Positions 55,701 to 64,000 of a stretch of 64,000 bases of DNA are shown piece by piece. The stretch is from the human T2T-CHM13v2.0 reference genome, Homo sapiens, in assembly GCF_009914755.1 (NCBI RefSeq), contig NC_060934.1; one strand, given 5' to 3'. A program made the position numbers and the translations under genes. Each line of letters opens with the position of its first letter. The stretch's first letter is position 1. The notes under the pieces are model-generated. The model saw only the letters and a program-made list of their open reading frames with translations. It had not been told where the DNA came from and did no database searches.

Positions 55701-57629
55701 AGAAAGAGAGGTAATATTAAAGCCGTCATTTCTGGCCTTGCAGGGAACACTCTCTCAGCCGTGTTTCCTGACTGCACTGGGGAGGATTTGGGTCCAAGCT
55801 CCTCCTGTAACTTCCTGAGGTCCTGTGAAATGATCCTGCCCTAGGCAGCTGCGCTCCCAGAGGAGTGTCCACCTGGGAGCACGCCACAAGCCCAGAGGAA
55901 CATTCTGATTTCCTAATGGAACCAGATGTCCCAGTTTGGGCAAAAGGGCCTCCCGGGAAAACAGAGTACTGCCAAGGACTCAGTCTGGCATGTCCCCAGA
56001 GGGAGAGAAACTGTCCCCACCCACCACTTACTTGGATGGAATTGCTCCCCGGCATGCAGAGGTATCACTGTGTGAGGTCAGCAACGATGCGTGGAGGCCT
56101 GTCTCGAGGCGACCTTCTGGTGGGGAGGACATTCTCTCCGGTTGTATTTTCATTCCACTCAGTGTTTCCGTGCAGAGTGGAGTAAGCGCCCCTCCTTGAC
56201 CTCATGAAGCTGCTCAAGGGCAAAACTCTACCTGGGACTCGATTTGCTTAGAAACAAAATACGCAAAGGAAACACCAATTCAAGGTAGCCTGTTATTCAC
56301 GGCCAAGAGAGAGACTTCTCTGACACTTTGGATCTTTCCCTCCATCAATCATTTACTTCAGTGCTTGGAATGTCAGGAGGAAAATAATGAGTCACACCTG
56401 GTCTGAGGCAACCAAGTCACTTGTCAGCACAGAGTGCCTGCAATCACAGCACTCGGTGACCAAGGCCCAGATGCTTGGCTGCAGCTGGAGGCATAACAAG
56501 AGGTGCCAGAGAGAAAGACCAGTGAGATACTTTACAGCCAAGATCTGCAAAGCACACATCCAGGGACTCCAGCTTAGGAAGCCTGGCTGTGAATGTTTGA
56601 TGAATGCAAAGGAACACATCGTTGTAGGCTGGCCTGGGAGCCCAACACAAAATAAGAATCAGTGCCCAGCTGGGCTTTCAGTTTACTTGTTATTAGAAAT
56701 ATTATTGGGCTTTATCAAGTCTTGACAACTCTATTGCCCTGTTTGAAAGTGACACAGAATTAATCCATGGGCTGTCAGATCATCTGAGGAACGGCCTTAT
56801 AGACCAGGCCAGTTTTAGATTCAGCCTGCTGGATGTGGGAGCCACATGTGGTGGGACAAGCACAGGTTGGGGGCTGGATGTGGGAACTCAGTAGCACCCA
56901 GCCTCTTGAGTAATACTGCTCTCATCAATGCTGTATTTAACCAAAACTGCACCTAAATCGTATCTTACCTATATTTCTTGAATACAAGTTTATACTCCAT
57001 GCTATTTTAGAAGCAGCAAGGGACCCCTCTGACACCAAAGAAGAAGGAAAAAAATCTAACAATTAGACTCTTTGAAGTCAGCTTGTGATGGATTTTTTTT
57101 CCTATGGCTCAGTCAAGTTTTATAAATGACCTATTTCTGTTCTGCCGCCCACAGATTCCTAGAGGCTCGTAGGCAAAATCCCACGCTCTCCGGATGGCCA
57201 AATCTTGCCTTTTATGATCAAAGTCTCTCCCAGGTCTTTGAAAATCATAAGCATAAGAAGGATTACAGTAAGCCCTGTTATACATGTAAAATTCCATGGA
57301 ATTAAGTCTCACTCTCTTCTTCGTGCCTGGTAGAAAAAGTATGAAGGAAAAGAAAAGTCACTTCAACAAATCTTCTGTTTCTTCATCCTCATCCCAGAAG
57401 AGTGCTGCCATTAATCGAAGTCGTTATAAAGCTTTGTAAACCACAGAGCACCATGGGAATCAAAATGAAGTTGTTCTTTATGCTATGTAATTGACTTTAT
57501 TAATCCAAGACTTTAGAAGGTCAGCAGTCATCCCTCTTCTGTCTTCTCCAGCGTCCTTGGCAGAGTTAAGAGTCAAGTTTGCTCATGCCTTGTCCTGGTC
57601 TGCTGAGGCTGCTAAAACAAATCCTATAT

Positions 57630-57896
57630 GGCTGGGCACAGTGGCTCATGCCTGTAATCTCAACACTTCAGGAGGCTGAGGAGGGAGGAATCCTTGAGCC
57701 TAAGACCAGCCTGGGCAACATAATGAGACCTTGTCTCTACAAAAGTTAAAAAATTAGACAGATGTGGTGGCACACGTCTGTAGCCTCAGCTACTCAGGAG
57801 GCTGACGTGGGAGGATCACTTCAGCCTAGGAGATTGAGATCATGCCACTGCACTCCAGCCTGCGCAACAGAGCAAGACCCCGGCTCAAATAAAAGC
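57630..57896 (+). mobile_element. Alu (AluJ) with internal deletions
   Basis: TSD AAACAAA(T/A)CCTA. Confidence 0.9.
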
Positions 57897-58070
57897 AAAC
57901 AAAACCTAAACACTGGTGGTTTTTAAACAACAGAAATCTATTTCTCAAAGTTCTAGAGGCTGGGAAGTCCAGGATCCCTGCCTGGTGATGACTGCTCTCT
58001 TCTCCATAGACAGCGACTTCTTTCTGTGTCCTCATCTGCCTGAAGGGGCAAGGCAGCTCTCTGGCACCTA

Positions 58071-58363
<293 letters not shown>

Positions 58364-60149
58364 TGGCACCTCTTTTCTAAGGGCACTGGTCCCTTTCAAG
58401 AGAGCTCTGCCCTCATAGCTAATCAGCACCCAGAGGCTCCACATCCTAATACCATCACTGTGGGGGTGGGGATTTGAACACAGGAATCTGGGGAGAGACA
58501 GACATTCAGACCACAGCATCCCCCAGCTCACCACATGATGAGGTGCAACATCTGTTCCTATACCTGCTCCCTGAAAAACAGACTCTGAGATGCTCGGGGC
58601 CAAGATTTGCTTTTATGTGTTCTCATATCATTAGTGCCCAGCAGAGAACTTAAAATAGAACAACTGGTAAAAAAAGGAAAGAAGAAGATGGGTGGGCTTG
58701 GATGGGGAAGATGGGGAAGAGGACCAAGGAGCAAGAGGACGTCCCTGCTTCTCCTCTGGTCTTACCCTCTGTCCCCAGCACAGTGGAACAAGCTTCGGGA
58801 TTTGGATTCACACCAAGAACGGAGGGACTTTTCTTTGTTGATCACTCAGAGTGCAGATGGTGAAGCTAAGTGCACATCCTGGCTCAGCGTCCAGTGGCAG
58901 ATTCTCCCCAGCCATGAGGTCCGTGTGCACAACAACCGCACACCTGGAGGCCAGATGCTAGAGTGAAATTGTATTTGAACGAATAAATGTGTACACAGGT
59001 GCGTGAGAGAGAGAGAGACAGAGACAGGCAGAGAGGCCTATCATCCATCTTTTCTGCCTTTTTTCATGGTTTGGGGAAAAAGGAGGCACTCTTTAGATTG
59101 GACCAATTTAAGACATCTTTTCATTCAACTTGTCGGAGATCACAAGACCTTCAAGCCAAAATCACTGAGGCCTCGCTGTCACTGTCATGTGGTGCTAATG
59201 TGGAGAAAAGAGAAAAGGCAAAGACTCCAGGGTCTGGAAATATTTTCTCAGCCATTACAGGGGGCACAGCCCCTGCCAGGGCCCTGTGCGCCCCACCTTC
59301 ATCTCTCCACGGCACAGCTGCTCGAAAGATGAGCAAGCTGTCCAGCTTTGTTCTCAGAGCCAGTCTTACGCTCGTTTTTCCGAATAAAGGAACTCAACTG
59401 CCTAGAAGAAACAGGTGTTGCCCACTGGAGAGAAAGCACAAGCAGTTTAACAAAGTGGCCCAGGGCATGAAATGGACAGGGAAAGGCATTCTTTTCATCC
59501 CAAATGACTTCAGAGCTCTCTGCAGACTCACCTGGTAGCACAGATGGGATACCACAGGGAGCATTGCTATGGTCCAGGAGTAGACGAGATTCCACTCCCT
59601 CCCTGGAAGACCACGGGGAGCCCAGAGCTGAGCAAGAGATCCCACTGGGGATCCCACTGGGGTCTCTTGCTGTCTCCCTCACGACGCCTCCCACCTGCAG
59701 AAGGTGGGCAGCACCCCGCCTCCACGGGCTGGGGACAGAGGGTGCAGCTGCATTTTCTTACTGTGAAATGGCCCCTCAATTATGACCTCTCCAAAGGGGA
59801 GGGTTTGATACCAGGGACTTTGCCCAGAGCCAGACCTAGAAGACGCACCATTGTCCAGGGAGGGAGCCATACCAGCGCAGCGAGGCCAATCAGTGAGAGG
59901 CATTTTACCCAGCACTTTCCTACAGAGGAGATGAGGGTCGGCTCTGTGAGACAAACCTCAGGACACAGGGCTTTGCATACCTAGTTTGTCTGAGAGTAGT
60001 TCCAAAAAAAGTGTCAACACCCACTGTGGAATACAAGCTCCTATAACCAAAACCATGCCGTTGTGGCCAACAGGAATCTGAAAGGTGTTTGTAAGCACAA
60101 CCGAGTTTCTAATTTTTTGGTTTTTTTGCCCTTCGTTGTTCCTCTATGC

Positions 60150-61390
60150 ATTCAATTTTTATTATGAAAAAATCAAACATCAAAACACATGGAGAGTAAC
60201 CCCATGTTTCTATTTGCCCCCCAACATGAGCAAATAGTAGCATTCTATCATGTGCTTCGTATCTTTTTTTTTTTTTTTTTTTTTAGAGATAGGGTCTCAC
60301 TATGTTGCCGAGGCTGGTCTCGAACTTCTGAGCTCAAGCAATCCTCCCGCCTCAGCCTCCCAAAGTGCTGGGATTACAGGCGTGAGCCACTCTGCCTGGC
60401 CAACATCACTTTTTAAGAAATGCAATACAACAGAGGTGAAGTTCCCTGCGTTCCTATCCCCAAGCCACTGGTATCCCCATGATGCCAGTGTGTGGTTTCC
60501 ATGATTTTATGTATTTACTGCATACGTATGAATTATTAGATGGGCTTTTTAAAAAAATTATACAAATTGACTCATACCATACACAGAAAAGTCTGGCAAT
60601 TGTTTGATCGACCACTATATTTTTGAGATCTATTCGTGTTAAAACGTGTAGTTCTAATCCATCTTAACTTTTATCGAGTGTAGGTATGACATGTAAGATG
60701 TATATGATATTCTACATCTTACTCCCAACTGGTGGGGTTTTCACTATTACAGGTATCGCTGCAGTAAACAACCTCATACATGTCTCCTTGTGATATTGCC
60801 TGAGAGTTTCTCTAGGGTATTATTTATATAAAGTAGAATTACTGGGGACAAGGGGTATGCACATTTTTCATTGCATTAATGTCAGCCAATAGCTCTCCAA
60901 AACAGACCTATCATCAATGTATTCCCCACTAGCAGCCTGTGCATTTCCATTTGCCCACATGGCCCACCCATCCACACTGTGAAACTCAGACCTTTCAATG
61001 ACTGTCTCAATGGCGACATTCAATGGTAATCACTTTGTTGAATTAAATATTAATTTGAATTTCCCTGATCACTTCTCAGCATCCTTTCCTGGGAGTGGAC
61101 ATTTCAAGATCCCTCTTTTATAAAGCCCTGTTCTTATTCTTTGCCCAGTTTTTTTCTATTGGGTTGTTTATCTTTTCTTTTTTGTAGAAATGGGGTCTCT
61201 TTAGGCTGCCCAAGCTTGTCTCAAACTCCTAAGCTCAATCCTCCAGCCTCAGCCTCCCAAAGTGCTGGGATGACAGGCATAAGCCACAGCACCTGGCCCA
61301 TTTTAATGATCTATCATAAGATCTTTATATATTTTGCTTGCCAATTACTTGTTATATATGTTGCAAACATCTGCTCCAAATCTGTCCACT
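60150..61390 (-). mobile_element. Ancient L1 (L1ME-like) fragments with inserted Alu monomers (60263-60400 and about 61170-61298)
   Basis: TTTTGAGATCTATTCGTGTT, GCTGCAGTAAACAACCTCATACATGTCTCCTTG, AGAATTACTGGG, TTGCCCAGTTTTTTTCTATTGGGTTG. Confidence 0.75.
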
Positions 61391-61572
61391 GCACACTGCA
61401 TTTGAAAATGTAAACTGAGAAGTCTTATGACTGCAGGACTCCTGAAATAGATGGTATGATCTTAAGGCGGGAATAGTTCACACAGCTGCAAGATCTACAA
61501 ACATCAACAAAACCACACAACAGTCGATGTAACTTTCATATTTGGGGACCACTTTAGGCTTTTCAAGGCATC

Positions 61573-61872
61573 TTTTTTTTTTCTTTTTTGTGGGGACAGA
61601 GTCTCACTCTGTCTCCCAGGCTGGAGTGCAGTGGCACGATCTTGGCTCACTGCAACCTCCGTTTCCAAGTTCAAGCGATTCTCCTGCCTCGGCCTGCTGA
61701 GTAGCTGGGATTACAACCATACACCACCACAGCTGGCTTATTTTTGTATTTTCAGTAGAGACAGGGTTTCAACATCTTGGCCAGGCTAGTCTCAAACTCC
61801 TGGCCCAAGTGATCTGCCCACCTTGGCTCCCCAAAGTGCTAGGATTATAGACATAAACCACCCCACCCAGCC
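61573..61872 (-). mobile_element. Alu (AluS)
   Basis: TSD AAGGCATCTTT. Confidence 0.95.
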
Positions 61873-61919
61873 AAGGCATCTTTCAATCATTTAATTTCAG
61901 CCTCATAAAAACCTGAGGC

Positions 61920-62225
61920 GGCCGGGCGCAGTGGCTCACACCTGTAAACCCAGCACTTTGGGAGGCCGAGGCAGGAGGATCACGAGGTCAGGAGATCGAG
62001 ACCATCCTTGCTAACATGGTGAAGCCTCGTCTGTACTAAAAATACCAAAAAAAAAAATTAGCCGGGTGTGGTGGCGGGTGCCTGTAGTCCTAGCTACTCA
62101 GGAGGCTGAGGCAGGAGAATGGCGTGAACCCAGGAGACGGAGCTTGCAGTGAGCCGAGATCGCGCCACTGCACTACAGCCTGGGCGACAGAGCGAGACTC
62201 CACCTCAAAAAAAAAAAAAAAAAAC
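61920..62225 (+). mobile_element. AluY
   Basis: GATCACGAGGTCAGGAGATCGAGACCATCC, GAATGGCGTGAACCC, GAGCTTGCAG; TSD AAAACCTGA(G/C)GC. Confidence 0.96.
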
Positions 62226-64000
62226 ACAAAACCTGACGCTGGGGACCCAATCTCGTCCACCTGAGGTGACGGGCTTGGCTCAGTGGTTGGTCATCAAGAC
62301 CCCTTCAATGCTCCAAGTCTGATCCATTATCTCGGTTTTGCAGCTTTCCGGAACAACTCAGAGTAGAGAAGCAGATAAACCTGTGTGCAGTCACAGCCCT
62401 GCATAAGGGCAGGGGAGGACCCAAAATCCCAGTCACCTGGTCCCGTGGACAGCGTCTGTCTCCCCCAAGAAAAGTCCACATAAGGGGGGTGCTGAAGTTG
62501 GCATCAGGAGACCTGGGGAAGAGATGGGAAAGTGTGGCTCCCTGGCAAGCACAGCGCTGCCAAACGACCTGGGACACAGCAAGACGAGAGCCACCCCTCT
62601 CCATCCACACAGGATGCGCCCATCTTGGTGTTTCTGCCCCATAAGAAAAGAGTCGTGTGAACACAGGGATGCACTTTATTCCGCCACTTTTATTGAGCAA
62701 CAGCCGTGGGGACCTGATTCTGCACTAAGTGCTCTACTGTGAGACATCACAGGTTGTCATTGCTAGAGGCAAGAATCTCTTACAAAGATGAAAGGGCAGA
62801 ACCCAGTGCTTTTTTTAATGGTTGTTATTCCATGCAGAAACACTGACTGATCCAGAACTGGTAACTAAGGCGGTGATCAAACAGGAATGCTTTTCTTCTC
62901 AGTTTAGGACGAAGACCCGCCATGACAATGGCGGGAACGCTGGAGTAAAACCTCACGGCGGCCAGCATGAAGTTTTTCGCCAGATTTGTGGCCCCACCCC
63001 CAAGTACCCACGCGGAGAGGCCTCCAGTCATACAGCACAAAGGGCATCGCCTTGGGCAGCTCAGGCTCACTCTGTTCCACACTGTCTGCGGTGGGAGGCT
63101 CGGGCCGGCCTGGGTGCATCCAGTGAGTACCACGTTCCCTTTTCCCGGCACACTGTCTCCAGGACAGGCGTGACCTGTTCTCCAGAACGGGTAGAGATGG
63201 GGTTTCATCAAGTTGGCCAGGCTGGTTTCGAACTCCTGACCTCAGATGCCCCAGAAACCACTCATCCCTGAACTAATCATGCAAAGTCCTCCAGTTTAAC
63301 TCCCTGTTGTGGGCGGGGTTCTTAAAATTTATGAAGGCAAAGACTCCTAGGCCGGCCCATGCAGTCTGAATACGCTACCGAATGCTCCACCTATGGCTTA
63401 TAATGCAGAACGACCTGTTTCTATCACTGCAGGACGGGATTGCAAGATTTTCTTATCCTGCCTTGGCTGCAGAGTCCCATTCCCGTCCAACTCAAAGCAC
63501 TGGGACAATGCTGGATGTGATAGATGGTCCATGAGTATCCGCAAAACTAAATAATAAGTGGGCGATGGTGCCCCCTGGGTGCGGGCAGCCTCTCTTACTA
63601 ATTTGATAGCTTCAAGGAGTTAGCAAACTGTAGGGTGGGTGAAGAATTCATTTGACAACCATAGAAACAGATGAAAAACAATTCCCACAGAGTCTCCAAA
63701 CAGGCCTTTGCACTGAGAATGCCGAGCCACGAGAATATACACCTTGACACACCTTCACACTGCTGTCGGTTTGAATGGCTCATTACCAAAACCTTAGTGG
63801 TACCGCCTACGTGTCCTCTAAAAGGTTTTTATCCTACATATAAACTTTTTACAAGAGTTGGAGACCTAATACTGAAGACAAATTTCCTAAGAAACTCAGT
63901 GCTACTTGTGGGGAATACAAAGCCAGGGCCTTCCCCCACAAAGACCCATAGAAAGTCCCTGAGTGACAGATGCGTGCAGGCTTGGGGCTGGGGGATGCCT

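Overview
Primate, almost certainly human, non-coding genomic DNA. It is moderately GC-rich and dense in Alu, MIR, L1, L2, MaLR/ERV1 LTRs and hAT/mariner DNA transposons. I find no credible protein-coding exon: the long ORFs come from simple repeats or Alus. Recognisable gene-derived items are an old RPL23A processed pseudogene (interrupted by a MADE1 MITE and an AluJ) and a near full-length 7SL (RN7SL) retrocopy. I see no novel protein-coding system. The most interesting signals are cis-regulatory or mutational. (i) A cluster of local templated duplications lies at 15-33.5 kb: direct, inverted, and 30-39 bp copy-paste. (ii) Several tandem repeats multiply specific motifs: a 5x44-bp ETS/E-box array, a (GGAA)16 tract grown from a duplicated Alu tail, a CpG-rich 22-unit VNTR with 14 ZFP57 hexamers, and an 8-nt-period array of 5' splice-site look-alikes. 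Repeat subfamily names come from recalled consensus sequences, not a RepeatMasker run, and boundaries of old repeats are approximate.
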